NCBI GenBank assembly: GCA_966250335.1
Contig: CBINGZ010000019.1
Coordinates: 13,767-77,766, forward strand
DNA length: 64,000 nucleotides
Direction: 5' to 3'
Source of the DNA: an uncultured bacterium
GTDB lineage: Bacteria > Bacteroidota > Ignavibacteria > OLB7
Positions 21,151 through 31,304 of the stretch are shown piece after piece. The position numbers and the translations under genes are program-made. The first letter of the stretch is position 1, and each line of letters starts with the position of its first letter. A model generated the notes under the pieces. That model was not told the DNA's origin. It saw only the letters and a program-made list of their open reading frames with translations, and did not search any database.

Positions 21151-21243
21151 CTTCTTCTTTCCTCCACTGAATCACCCTGTTTCCTTCGTGCGCGATCGTC
21201 GTGCACGGACAAGCATACCTGTACCAGATAGACCGATAGATTA

Positions 21244-21954
21244 ATGGCGACGAAGGCCTTGAACGCAGATACCGATATGCCGGGCTCGACCGGTTCCGAA
21301 GAGAATGTTGGGATCCTGAGAAACGCAAAGTTGCTCGGGATCATCGGCATTGTAATACTGGTCGTGGCGGTTGGCGTCTACTACCTGATCACGGGCCAGG
21401 CTTCTTCGAACCAGGAAGCGCAGCTTGCGCTCGCCCGCATCCGTCCCTACTACGACCGCGGGGAATACGCGACCGCCATCACGGCGGATTCGGCGCTTCC
21501 GGTCGGTCCGGTCAGGCCGAAGGGGCTTCGCTACATTGTCGACGAGTGGGGTTCGACCAAGGTGGGGAAGATCGCGGCGCTCTATCTGGGAAATTCGTAC
21601 CTGGCCACGGGGGAGGCTCCGAAGGCCAAGGAACCGTATGATATCGCGACCGGCTCGGATCACGAGCTGGTCAGGGCCGCGGCCCATGCCGGGCTCGCGG
21701 CCGTTGCCGAAGCCTCCGGCGCCTACGCCGAAGCTGCCGACGAGTACGTCAAGGCGGCAGCCGAGGACAAGCTTGAGTTGAACGCCCCCGACTATATGAT
21801 CGGGGCGGCGCGCAACTTCGAGCAGGCGGGGAAGATGGAGGAGGCAAAGGACTATTACCGCAGGGTGGCTACGCAGTTCGGCGGAACGCAGGTCAACTCA
21901 CAGGCGAACGTGCAGGCGCGGCTGGCGCTGGCACGGCTCAAGGTCGACCTCTGA
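21244..21954 (+). CDS. TPR-like, membrane-anchored hypothetical protein
   Basis: N-terminal TM (LLGIIGIVILVVAVGVYYLI); Ala-rich helical repeats. Confidence 0.65.
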   Translation: MATKALNADTDMPGSTGSEENVGILRNAKLLGIIGIVILVVAVGVYYLITGQASSNQEAQLALARIRPYYDRGEYATAITADSALPVGPVRPKGLRYIVDEWGSTKVGKIAALYLGNSYLATGEAPKAKEPYDIATGSDHELVRAAAHAGLAAVAEASGAYAEAADEYVKAAAEDKLELNAPDYMIGAARNFEQAGKMEEAKDYYRRVATQFGGTQVNSQANVQARLALARLKVDL

Positions 21955-22140
21955 GAACAGGAAGGACGACGACCCGTTGTGTACGCATAACCTCAGATCG
22001 ACTATCGGACTATCGACAACCCTATGAACATTGTGACCCCTTCCGAACTGCCTCAGCGTAGTTCCCCTATCCGCACAATCGAAAAATCTCGAAACGAAAT
22101 ACATCGTTTAATCATTGATTCTCTCATCGCAGGAGGAAAC

Positions 22141-25100
22141 ATGCAACGTTTGTTGAAGGCATTGCTCCTGTCGGTGGCGTTCGTGCTCGTCGGACAGAGT
22201 GCCTTTGCACAGGCGCTCCCGATCGTGCAGGTCTCCGGACGCCTACCGCAGACGGGACTACGGGTACTCACCAAAGACACGCTCTATCAGGTGGCGGGTG
22301 ATTACCATGTCTCCGGTATACTTCTGATCGAGCCGGGAACCACAGTGGAGTTCCTGCCGAACGGACGCCTCATCGACTCAGTCGGCGGCAGGATCATTGC
22401 CGATGGCGATCTCCAGGCTACCTGGAACCGCTCCACTCCGGACCTCTCGATCTATCCCGGAGGCTACGCGGATATCGACTTCATCCGCGACAATGTCAGC
22501 ATCGGCGGAAAGCCGGAGATTACCGCGCCCGGTCCCAACTGGATGGACTACGCGCCGTATCTCTATTTCTACTATGCAAACCATCTGGATCGGTATCCTT
22601 CCGATCCAAACCTGAAGAACGTTCCATATCGCCGAGACGTCGTCCGCGCGCCGATCATCTTCCGTGGTCGCCCGGTCAACAAGTTCTCGCGTGAGTGGGG
22701 ACATATCGTGATTCTGCCGGGCGCCGACTCGGCCATTTTCCGTAACGTCCAGTTCGTCAACTTCCGCAAGGACACGGCCGCCGTCAAGACGACCGAGTTC
22801 TACACGCCGTACGGCGCGGATCGCGGCGGCCTCTACAACAACGGACAGATCATCGCAGCCGATCGCCTGAACAGGGAGCTTCGCTCGCTGACGACCGGCG
22901 GCGGCGGCGCCCTCACCGTCTTCTCCTCGAAGACCTGGATTCTCGACTGCCGCTTCGACAGCAACTTCGCCCGCTATCACGGCGGCGCGGTTCAGTTCCT
23001 GCAGGCGCCGTACGACCAGACGACGGTCGATCCGGCCTATTCGTCGTTCTATCCGCCGGACCCGGCGCTCGGACCCCGCGCACAGCACGGAGCGTTCCGT
23101 TACCCGAGCTTCAACCCGGAGACCTACGATATCTACGGGCAGTCGATCAGCACGCCGTTCGGTCCGATTCCGATCCTGACGGTCACCGACCCGCGCGTCA
23201 CGCAGGTCGTCGGTCCGGGCCTCCCGCCGGGACCGCCTCCGACGGGACCGGTGCAGTATCGTCAGACCTATGACGACGGTCGTCAGTCGATCAACATGGG
23301 CCGTGTCCGTCGCGTGACCTTCCGCGACAACCGCGCGGTCGTCAGCAACTTCACGGAGGATATCAACGGTTATCGCGACAACATCGACATCGTTGAGATC
23401 AACGGCAGCACCCTCTCCGGTACGATCGCCAAGAACGAGGCGTACGGTGGTGCGGTCTATATCTCCGGTCGCCGTCACATCACCGTCTACTTCGGTCGCG
23501 CCCTCGGCGATCCGATGGACACGATCGTGGCCGAGCGCAACTACGCAGTCAACTATCAGCAGGGTGTAGCCGGCTCGAACGGAGCACGCGGCGGCGCCTT
23601 CTACGTGGGCGACAGCACCTCGATGGTGTTCCAGCTCTCCCGCTTCGCCAGCAACTTCACCGCGGTCCCGAACGTCGCAATGGACGACTATGTGAACCGC
23701 GGACGGATGTCGCAGGGTGGCGGTATCTACATGTCCAAGACCTCGCCCGAACTCACGGTCCGTGACGTGATTCACTTCCGCGACAACAAGGCGGGTCAGG
23801 GTGGCGGCATCTACGTGGCGGCTGTAACGAATCCGTTCGGGAACAACATCCCGGTCTTCGATCCGTTCCTCTCCCCGAACCTTCTGGGGGACAGCGTCTA
23901 CTTCATCCGCAACATCGCGGAGTATGACGGCGGCGCCATCTACACGCAGCGCAACATGCGGATCGACGGTCGCAACATCACGCGCACCGACGCGGGTGGA
24001 CGCCTTGTCGATCATCGTATCCTTCTCGACAGCAACGCGGCGGGTCTTGCCGGTGGCGGTATCGTCATCGACAACCAGACGAACATGCTGAACAGCAACG
24101 CCCGGGTCACCCGCGCGCTCATCAGCAACAACTCGGCCGGTGACTCGGCGATGGCCTCGGATCTGCGCCTGATCAAGCTCTACGATCCGGTTGCGAATCC
24201 GTTCAGCCCGATCAACCCGTACGGCGTCAGCACGGTGACGGACTCGTTCCGTCTGCCGCAGATCATCACCAAGCATATCATCGGTGGTGGCGGTATCTAC
24301 TCGAAGAACGGCAACACGAACTTCTACCAGTCGGTTGAATTCAACCACAACTGGGCGAAGGGTGGCAACGGCGGCGCTATCTCGCTGGTCACGCCGGTCC
24401 GCACCAACCGCTACTTCGTGGCGGAAGGTGACGTGGCCTACAACTTCCAGACGAACGCCGCTGTGCCGTTCCAGGACGGTCCCGAGCCGAACGATATGCG
24501 GGAGATGACCCGCTTCCTGCGCAACTACGCGCTGAAGGACTCGATGAACCCGAGCCTCAACGTCGACCCGCGCGACCCGAGCGGTCTCACGACCGATCAG
24601 CTCCTCGATCCGAAGCGTAACGGCACGGGTCTGGGCGGCGCCGTCTACATCAACGACCGCCAGCCGCCGGGACCGAACCCGGGTTATGCTCGGACCGACT
24701 CGGTCCTCCTCCATCGCGTTCGCATGGAAGAGAACCAGGCATGGTCGGGCGCAGCAGTCTACTCCGACAACTATGAGCTTCGCGTCTTCTTCCGCAAGTC
24801 GATGATCGCCGGCAACCGCGCGGTCTCCGACGAGGGACGTAACGTGGACGTCATCGACAATCCGGCGACCTCCCCGGCAGCCTCGCGCACGGCCGGTGCG
24901 ATCTTCTACGGTGATATCGAAGGTCCGCTCCCGCAGGAAGAGTATCACACGGGCGCCAACTCGATCTTCGACAACGATGCACGTTTCCTGATCCGTCTGC
25001 CGGACGTGCCGCAGGGCATGGTCGGTCAGGGTCGCAGCGGCGTCGACTCGCTCCGCGGCAACTTCTGGGGCCAGGTCGAGGCTCCGGTGACGACGGTTCT

Positions 25101-28100
25101 GGCGAGCGGAACCCTTCAGAACACGTTCTACATCCAGGGTAACGGCTGCACGCTGCCGCTGAAGAACCCGGTGAAGCTGAACGAGCAGGGTCCGTTCGAG
25201 TCGCGTGATCGCTACGCGTACACGCCGCTCCCGGTCGGCATGGTCCCCGATACGCTCCTTCTTGAAGGCCGTATCTACGACATCTTCGACAAGGGCGTCG
25301 ACATCAACTCCGTCGATTACTCGATTCCGCGTATGGCTCCGATCGAGGACTTCTCGGTTGGTCTGCCTGACCGCCTCCGTACCTTCGGCACGCTCGGCGG
25401 CCCGAACAGCCCGTACATGGACAAGGTCGTCCGTCGTCTGACGCGCGATCCGTTCGTGGCCGAGATCGACACCTGCATCAACAGGATGCAGCGTGAGTGG
25501 GTCGGCGATCATCCGATCGGCTATCCTCTCTTCCTGGAGGCGCTCGCCAACTACCTTGGCGACCCGAACACGGACAACAACGATCAGTATGCGCTGAACC
25601 ACACGGTCTTCTTCGTGATCAACGCGGAGACGGGTGAGTTCGTCCGCGCCAACCTCCGTCAGATTCGTGAGGGAAGCGATCTCTTCCGCTCGCGCATCGA
25701 GTTCGTGGCTGATTCGATCAATCGCGATCCGGTTCTCCGTCGCTCGCTCGAAGGTCGCGCAGGATTCTCGATCGGAGAGTTCTTCCGCCTGAGCCCGCGC
25801 TACTACATGGAGCAGGGCTTCAACATCGAGCAGGCACGCCTGATGGCCGCCCGCTATGAGGATTCGGTCGCTCTCGACGGACGCCGCCACGGCGGGCTGG
25901 TCAGCGAGCTCGGCGGTCCGAACTTCCGCTACGTCAACCGTGTCAACCCGGTCACCTTCGCCGATGTCTACTCGGGCGAGCGCTACCATGCTCTCCCGGT
26001 TCTCACCGGAGATCGTATCTGGGTCGTCTCCCGCACCATGCTGTGGGATATGTCGACCGACATCACGACGGTTGTGAACAACGCCCGCTTCGCCGGTCTC
26101 GAGTTCTCGATCGACGACGACAACAGCGTCATGGCGCCGATCATCTACGGTGATCGCGACTCGCTCAGCAACAAGCAGCCGGCAGAGCTGCGCAACACGC
26201 GCTTCGTGATCGAAGACTCCCGCTACGCCAGCGATCCGACGGGTCGCACCCGTTCGGGGATCTTCGACGTCACCGCGATCGACCTCAACGGCTTCTTCGA
26301 TCCGCGCTCGTGCTACTTCCCGGATCGCTACACCGGTCTCCGCTACGAGTGGACGCCGCTGCTGGAGTTCCCGGGTTCGAACGTGGTGGTTCCGTCGACC
26401 GATCCTTCGCAGGTTCGTCTCGCTTCGTGGCTGAAGGCCGACACGGTCTTCCCGTCGAACGTCGATCCGGCAGCGGTGACTCGCGACAGCGCCCACGCTT
26501 ACGGCTACGTCCGTTTCTACGGCACGCCGCACAACCCGGACGTCGTGCCGGGCGGTGAGCTCTTCGAGATCCGCGTGAGCAACTATCCGCCGAGCATCCG
26601 CACCATCGACTCGCTCGTTGGTCTGGTTCCGGCAGATACGGCTGCGAAGTACATCTATCTCTATCCGCCGTACTTCAACTGCCAGGTATACGATCCGCAG
26701 ACGGCTCGCTACCTGCAGCAGGATACGATCGACGTGTCGGGCGCCTCGACGGCCTCCTACCGCTTCCGCATCTTCGTGCAGGATACCCGCCCGAACTTCA
26801 CGGGTGACGTCTATCCGTGCGTCGGTCGCGGCGGCATCGCGGTCGCCAACCTGACCGATACGCTCCGCTTCAACTACAACGTCCAGACGGACGATGAGGC
26901 TGAAGACAACACGGCGGCGCTGAACGAGGGCTGGACCTTCCCGTACGGCCGTACGACCTACGGCTTCGTCTTCACCGACGTCAACCCGCAGGGGAACACG
27001 CCGGAGATCGACGATGCCAAGGAAGTTCGTCCGGTGTGGCTTGCCGACAAGTACCTGCTCGACGGCAACCGTCAGCCCGACCAGGGCGCCACGGTGCTCC
27101 AGCAGGGTGACGTGATCGTCCGCATCGACAGCAGCGAGGCATACGACATCCTCAAGAATCCGGCTCAGGCGAACAACGTCTACAACCTGGATTCGCTCTT
27201 CACGATCGTCGCCAACGACGGACATACCGGTCAGAACCAGCGTAACATCCGTGCGATCGTCAACACGGCGCCGCACATTCTGCCGAAGATGGTTCCGCCG
27301 CTGCCGCAGGGTCCGCGCTTCGGAGTCCTTCCTCCCGCAAAGGAGGATGTGGACTACAACCCGACGCTGCTCGACGAGACGAAGCAGATCAAGGCTGAGG
27401 ATTACAACTACGGTCAGCGCGTTCGCTTCGCGCTGGTCTATCGCGACGACGCCCGCAACGCAGCGAACTTCGTCGGCATGGATCTCCGTACGGGTGTGAC
27501 GGTTACCGACAAGAACGGTACGCCGATCGCCCATACGCCTTCCATCGCTTACGTCCGCCGCGATGCCTGCTATACCGAGGCTGGTCTCTTCAACGCACCG
27601 AAGACGACGCCGAGCTGGCTGAACATCAACCCGATCTCGGGTATCCTGTACGGCACGCCGGGTCTCAACGACGCTCCGCACCTCGGCTCGAACCCGACCC
27701 CGGGCTTCGGACCCGACACGGTGACGGTCGTGGCGATCGACGAGTACGGTCTGACGGACGTTCAGACGTTCATCCTCGATGTCGACTCGACGAACCATCG
27801 TCCGCGCCTCTTCGGCCGTCCGGCGGTTCAGTGCGTGGTCGCAGGCGAGGCGTACAACGACAGCCTCTGCGTCCGTGATCGCGACCTGCTCCGTCTGGAC
27901 GAGCGCTTCCTCGAAGAGCTCACGCTCCGCGGCTGGGTCGATGATCCCCGCTTCCCTGGCGTGACGATCAGCGTCAACCCGACGCTGGTGAAGGGTGGAG
28001 CGACTGCGGCGAGCGACACGTTCTGCTTCCAGGTTTCTTCGAACATTCCGCAGAACCTGCAGGCGGGCAAGATGCCGATCAACATCGAGGTGACGGACAA

Positions 28101-29019
28101 GGGTGGCAACAAGGACACCCTCACCTACGAGATCGCGATCAGCGAGTCGGTCATCTGGACGATGCCGCTCCGCGTGCAGAACACGAACGTGGCAGAGCAG
28201 AGCGTCGCATACCAGGATCTGATCTTCGGTATCGCACGTAACGCAACGACAGGCGACGAGCCGAGCGCACTCGGCAAGCTCGATTCGCAGTACTGCGAGT
28301 ACGAGATTCCGCCGAAGCCGCCGACAGACGTCTTCGACTCGCGCTGGGATATCGTGACGACGAACGGCGTCCTCCGGAACATCTTCCCTGAGAATCCGAG
28401 CCCGGGACAGGGTGCGGTTGCATGGAAGGGATCGTTCCAGGCCGGACACCTGCCGAACAGCAGCCCGAACCTTCCGATCACGCTGTGCTGGAAGATCGCG
28501 GATGCTCAGGGCTCGCCGAAGAACATCCATATCATGGATCAGGCCGACGGCGTGCTCTTCCGGGTCGACATGAAGAACCCGACCGCACATGGCGTGAAGC
28601 TGACGCAGGGTGTCAACGTCCGTCTCCTTGAGAACGGTACGGTTGCCTGCGTCGAGATCAGCCTGACGACGGTGACGGGCTTCAAGATCGCCTACGGTCT
28701 TACCAGCGGCGTCAACGACGAGCCGACGACCGGATCTGCTCTGGGCTACCTGCTTTCGCAGAACGCTCCGAATCCGTTCACCAGCTCGACGAACATCGAG
28801 TTCTTCGCACCGAAGAGCGGCAACGCTACGCTCGAGATCTTCGACGTCAACGGTAAGCTGATCAAGACCCTGGTGGACGGCACGGTCGATGCCGGTCGTA
28901 ACGTCTACCCCTGGGATGGAACCGACGAGAAGGGTCGCGGTGTCGCCAGCGGCGCCTACACCTACCGGTTGACCTCCGGTGCGACAGTGCTGAGCAGGAC
29001 CATGATACTTATGAGATAG
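22141..29019 (+). CDS. giant (2293 aa) secreted right-handed beta-helix / polymorphic-membrane-protein-repeat adhesin-like protein with T9SS C-terminal domain
   Basis: SD-like AGGAGG then ATG 22141. Signal peptide MQRLLKALLLSVAFVLVGQSAFAQ. Dozens of GGA[IV]/GGGIY + FxxN repeats. C-terminal T9SS domain (LSQNAPNPF...GAYTYRLTSG). Confidence 0.9.
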   Translation: MQRLLKALLLSVAFVLVGQSAFAQALPIVQVSGRLPQTGLRVLTKDTLYQVAGDYHVSGILLIEPGTTVEFLPNGRLIDSVGGRIIADGDLQATWNRSTPDLSIYPGGYADIDFIRDNVSIGGKPEITAPGPNWMDYAPYLYFYYANHLDRYPSDPNLKNVPYRRDVVRAPIIFRGRPVNKFSREWGHIVILPGADSAIFRNVQFVNFRKDTAAVKTTEFYTPYGADRGGLYNNGQIIAADRLNRELRSLTTGGGGALTVFSSKTWILDCRFDSNFARYHGGAVQFLQAPYDQTTVDPAYSSFYPPDPALGPRAQHGAFRYPSFNPETYDIYGQSISTPFGPIPILTVTDPRVTQVVGPGLPPGPPPTGPVQYRQTYDDGRQSINMGRVRRVTFRDNRAVVSNFTEDINGYRDNIDIVEINGSTLSGTIAKNEAYGGAVYISGRRHITVYFGRALGDPMDTIVAERNYAVNYQQGVAGSNGARGGAFYVGDSTSMVFQLSRFASNFTAVPNVAMDDYVNRGRMSQGGGIYMSKTSPELTVRDVIHFRDNKAGQGGGIYVAAVTNPFGNNIPVFDPFLSPNLLGDSVYFIRNIAEYDGGAIYTQRNMRIDGRNITRTDAGGRLVDHRILLDSNAAGLAGGGIVIDNQTNMLNSNARVTRALISNNSAGDSAMASDLRLIKLYDPVANPFSPINPYGVSTVTDSFRLPQIITKHIIGGGGIYSKNGNTNFYQSVEFNHNWAKGGNGGAISLVTPVRTNRYFVAEGDVAYNFQTNAAVPFQDGPEPNDMREMTRFLRNYALKDSMNPSLNVDPRDPSGLTTDQLLDPKRNGTGLGGAVYINDRQPPGPNPGYARTDSVLLHRVRMEENQAWSGAAVYSDNYELRVFFRKSMIAGNRAVSDEGRNVDVIDNPATSPAASRTAGAIFYGDIEGPLPQEEYHTGANSIFDNDARFLIRLPDVPQGMVGQGRSGVDSLRGNFWGQVEAPVTTVLASGTLQNTFYIQGNGCTLPLKNPVKLNEQGPFESRDRYAYTPLPVGMVPDTLLLEGRIYDIFDKGVDINSVDYSIPRMAPIEDFSVGLPDRLRTFGTLGGPNSPYMDKVVRRLTRDPFVAEIDTCINRMQREWVGDHPIGYPLFLEALANYLGDPNTDNNDQYALNHTVFFVINAETGEFVRANLRQIREGSDLFRSRIEFVADSINRDPVLRRSLEGRAGFSIGEFFRLSPRYYMEQGFNIEQARLMAARYEDSVALDGRRHGGLVSELGGPNFRYVNRVNPVTFADVYSGERYHALPVLTGDRIWVVSRTMLWDMSTDITTVVNNARFAGLEFSIDDDNSVMAPIIYGDRDSLSNKQPAELRNTRFVIEDSRYASDPTGRTRSGIFDVTAIDLNGFFDPRSCYFPDRYTGLRYEWTPLLEFPGSNVVVPSTDPSQVRLASWLKADTVFPSNVDPAAVTRDSAHAYGYVRFYGTPHNPDVVPGGELFEIRVSNYPPSIRTIDSLVGLVPADTAAKYIYLYPPYFNCQVYDPQTARYLQQDTIDVSGASTASYRFRIFVQDTRPNFTGDVYPCVGRGGIAVANLTDTLRFNYNVQTDDEAEDNTAALNEGWTFPYGRTTYGFVFTDVNPQGNTPEIDDAKEVRPVWLADKYLLDGNRQPDQGATVLQQGDVIVRIDSSEAYDILKNPAQANNVYNLDSLFTIVANDGHTGQNQRNIRAIVNTAPHILPKMVPPLPQGPRFGVLPPAKEDVDYNPTLLDETKQIKAEDYNYGQRVRFALVYRDDARNAANFVGMDLRTGVTVTDKNGTPIAHTPSIAYVRRDACYTEAGLFNAPKTTPSWLNINPISGILYGTPGLNDAPHLGSNPTPGFGPDTVTVVAIDEYGLTDVQTFILDVDSTNHRPRLFGRPAVQCVVAGEAYNDSLCVRDRDLLRLDERFLEELTLRGWVDDPRFPGVTISVNPTLVKGGATAASDTFCFQVSSNIPQNLQAGKMPINIEVTDKGGNKDTLTYEIAISESVIWTMPLRVQNTNVAEQSVAYQDLIFGIARNATTGDEPSALGKLDSQYCEYEIPPKPPTDVFDSRWDIVTTNGVLRNIFPENPSPGQGAVAWKGSFQAGHLPNSSPNLPITLCWKIADAQGSPKNIHIMDQADGVLFRVDMKNPTAHGVKLTQGVNVRLLENGTVACVEISLTTVTGFKIAYGLTSGVNDEPTTGSALGYLLSQNAPNPFTSSTNIEFFAPKSGNATLEIFDVNGKLIKTLVDGTVDAGRNVYPWDGTDEKGRGVASGAYTYRLTSGATVLSRTMILMR

Positions 29020-29062
29020 CAACCCGGCCGGGCCCGGAAGCTCTCGTTCGAATACTTCCAGT

Positions 29063-29089
29063 GGACGGTGGGTCTCAAGCCCACCGTCC
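29063..29089 (+). terminator. 10-bp perfect hairpin after the giant gene
   Basis: GGACGGTGGG TCTCAAG CCCACCGTCC; no T-run. Confidence 0.35.
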
Positions 29090-29169
29090 TACGGGAGCCG
29101 GATCAGGGAAGAAGGGTCTGCATTCACGAGTGCAAAAACTTTTGAAAAAGATATAACAGGAGACAAAGA

Positions 29170-31242
29170 ATGAATCTGTGTCGAACAATTTTCGGGGTCG
29201 CCGCCGGGGTCGCTCTGTTGGTGTCGGCCGTGCCCCAGAAAACTGTTGCGCAAAGTATCGCTGACCAGTACGACCTGAGCGTGAAGAACAGTCTGTACGA
29301 GCCTCAGGGAGCAAGGGGGACGATCATTCCGCGCAATCAGTTCGTCGATATCTTCAGCGGTTTCCCCAATCCCGACGACGGTGTTGCCGGTCCGATTCCT
29401 CTCGGATTCACGTTCGAGTACGACAACCAGGAGTTCGATCAGGTCTACATCTCCGTCAACGGGTTCATCAACTTTGGGGTGTCGTACATCACGAACGACC
29501 CGATGACGGTATTCAGCGCCAACAACGGACCGAACCTGACGATCGCGCCGTACTTCGGTGACCACTATCTGCGGGTCCCCGGATACGACGATATGGATCC
29601 GCAGGGTCGCAAGTATACGCCGAGCTATATCCGCTTCGTCCAGACGCAGGATCCGGCCGACGCACAGGGGAATATCAGGGGCCGCTTCATCGTGGAGTGG
29701 GAGAACCTGAACGTCAACTACTACTTCGATCCGAACGCTCCTGATGATCAGTTCTCGCCGAACCGTCGGCCGCAGGCCACGTCGATCGCCTCGTTCCAGG
29801 TTCACCTGATCGAGTCGCCGGCGAACGAGGCCTCACGCCAGGGTGATATCGAGTTCCATTACGGACCTGCCGGCACCAACACCGGTGTCAGCATCGTGAA
29901 GTTCAGCGACGCGGCAGTCGCCATCGAGAGCGATCGCTACGTTCCGAACGGCGCCACGAGCTGGATGAACGCCGTTGCATGGCTCGAGAGCGGCATGGAT
30001 GAGGACAGCCTTCGCAAGAGCACGCGCCTGACCAGCAACTGGCCGCCGGCCGGTTTCCCGGGCCGTATCTTCGCGTTCGAAGCAAAGCATATCCGTCGTA
30101 TCGACTCGTGGGGTGACGGCGACGCCAATCTCACGCAGCTCGACGTCAACATGCCGCAGAACGTTCGTGCGGACCAGCGCCGTTTCGTGACGTTCGCGGA
30201 TGTGATCCACATCCTCCGTCACACGGCCACCCGTAACAGCGGAAGCGTCGGAACGGGGATCATTGAGTTCGACTCCGTCTATGGACGTCATGGTTTCCAC
30301 GGCGACGTGAACCATAACGGTCGTTTCTACTACTCCTCGAGCAAGTGGAACAACGGCGGTGACTCGCTCGATCAGTTCGGCCGGATCGTCCGGTATCGTG
30401 TCGACTTCCCGACGAAGGATGTCAACCCGAATCTGCCGTTCCCGCAGGACAACACCTTCAACGGCTTCCTCTTCGACGCCGACGAGTTCGATGCCAGTCT
30501 GGTCATGCTCTACCTGGCGGCCAAGCTGCCGGTACTGCCGTGGATGCCGGACACGCTCCCTCCGTTTACGCCCAAGGTGTCGCCGACGGCTGCTAACAAC
30601 GTTCGCTTCGGTACGGTCAACCGCATCGGCGGTAACCTGGTCGAGATTCCGGTCTACTTCAACGGTGACCTGAACGGCTCGCAGGGTCTGGCGATCGACG
30701 CAGCGAAGGGTACCCGTATCGTGGAAGTCCGCACGGCTGAGAGGAGCAACAACATGTGGGTCGAGGCGGCCAGCGTCGAGAACCGCATGGCGCTCGCAGC
30801 TGCCGGTCGCTTCCAGAAGGAAGACCTGGTCGCGACCCTGGTGGTCGAGGCCAACGATAACGGCGACGTGATCTTCTCGAACGTCCGCTTCGGCGAGGCG
30901 AACAAGGGGATGACGAAGTTCAACATCAACAACAGCGGTGTTGTGACGGGCGAGGCCGGTTCGCTGAGCCTTACGCAGAACTCTCCGAATCCGTTCGCTC
31001 CGCATGCCGGAACGAAGATCGGCTACTCCGTGGCCGGCGACGGTCAGGTGACGGTTCGCGTGTTCGACGTGCTGGGTCGTGAGATCCGCACGCTGGTCAA
31101 CGGCGATGTGAAGTCCGGAAGCTACACCACGGAGTGGGATGGTCTGGATATGGGAGGGAAGCCGGTCGAGTCCGGCGTCTACTACTACCAGATCAGCGCC
31201 GGCGGCGAGAGCGTCACCCGCTCGATGCAGGTTCGGAAGTAA
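29170..31242 (+). CDS. secreted T9SS cargo protein with dockerin-like Ca-binding repeats
   Basis: Signal peptide; DSWGDGDANLTQLDVN and HGDVNHNGRF dockerin-like motifs; canonical T9SS C-terminal domain (NSPNPF...SGVYYYQIS). Confidence 0.85.
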   Translation: MNLCRTIFGVAAGVALLVSAVPQKTVAQSIADQYDLSVKNSLYEPQGARGTIIPRNQFVDIFSGFPNPDDGVAGPIPLGFTFEYDNQEFDQVYISVNGFINFGVSYITNDPMTVFSANNGPNLTIAPYFGDHYLRVPGYDDMDPQGRKYTPSYIRFVQTQDPADAQGNIRGRFIVEWENLNVNYYFDPNAPDDQFSPNRRPQATSIASFQVHLIESPANEASRQGDIEFHYGPAGTNTGVSIVKFSDAAVAIESDRYVPNGATSWMNAVAWLESGMDEDSLRKSTRLTSNWPPAGFPGRIFAFEAKHIRRIDSWGDGDANLTQLDVNMPQNVRADQRRFVTFADVIHILRHTATRNSGSVGTGIIEFDSVYGRHGFHGDVNHNGRFYYSSSKWNNGGDSLDQFGRIVRYRVDFPTKDVNPNLPFPQDNTFNGFLFDADEFDASLVMLYLAAKLPVLPWMPDTLPPFTPKVSPTAANNVRFGTVNRIGGNLVEIPVYFNGDLNGSQGLAIDAAKGTRIVEVRTAERSNNMWVEAASVENRMALAAAGRFQKEDLVATLVVEANDNGDVIFSNVRFGEANKGMTKFNINNSGVVTGEAGSLSLTQNSPNPFAPHAGTKIGYSVAGDGQVTVRVFDVLGREIRTLVNGDVKSGSYTTEWDGLDMGGKPVESGVYYYQISAGGESVTRSMQVRK

Positions 31243-31304
31243 TTCCGTTCCGCAGTTGATAATGATGACTGATGTCTAAGGTTCGGAACGGCCGGTGAGT
31301 ACTG

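Noticed and set aside
22378-29022. 2214-aa minus-strand ORF spanning the whole giant beta-helix gene
   Set aside because: It is an antisense shadow ORF typical of high-GC DNA: Arg/Asp/Val-rich, with no signal peptide, domains or motifs. The plus-strand gene has a signal peptide, Pmp repeats and a T9SS C-terminal domain.
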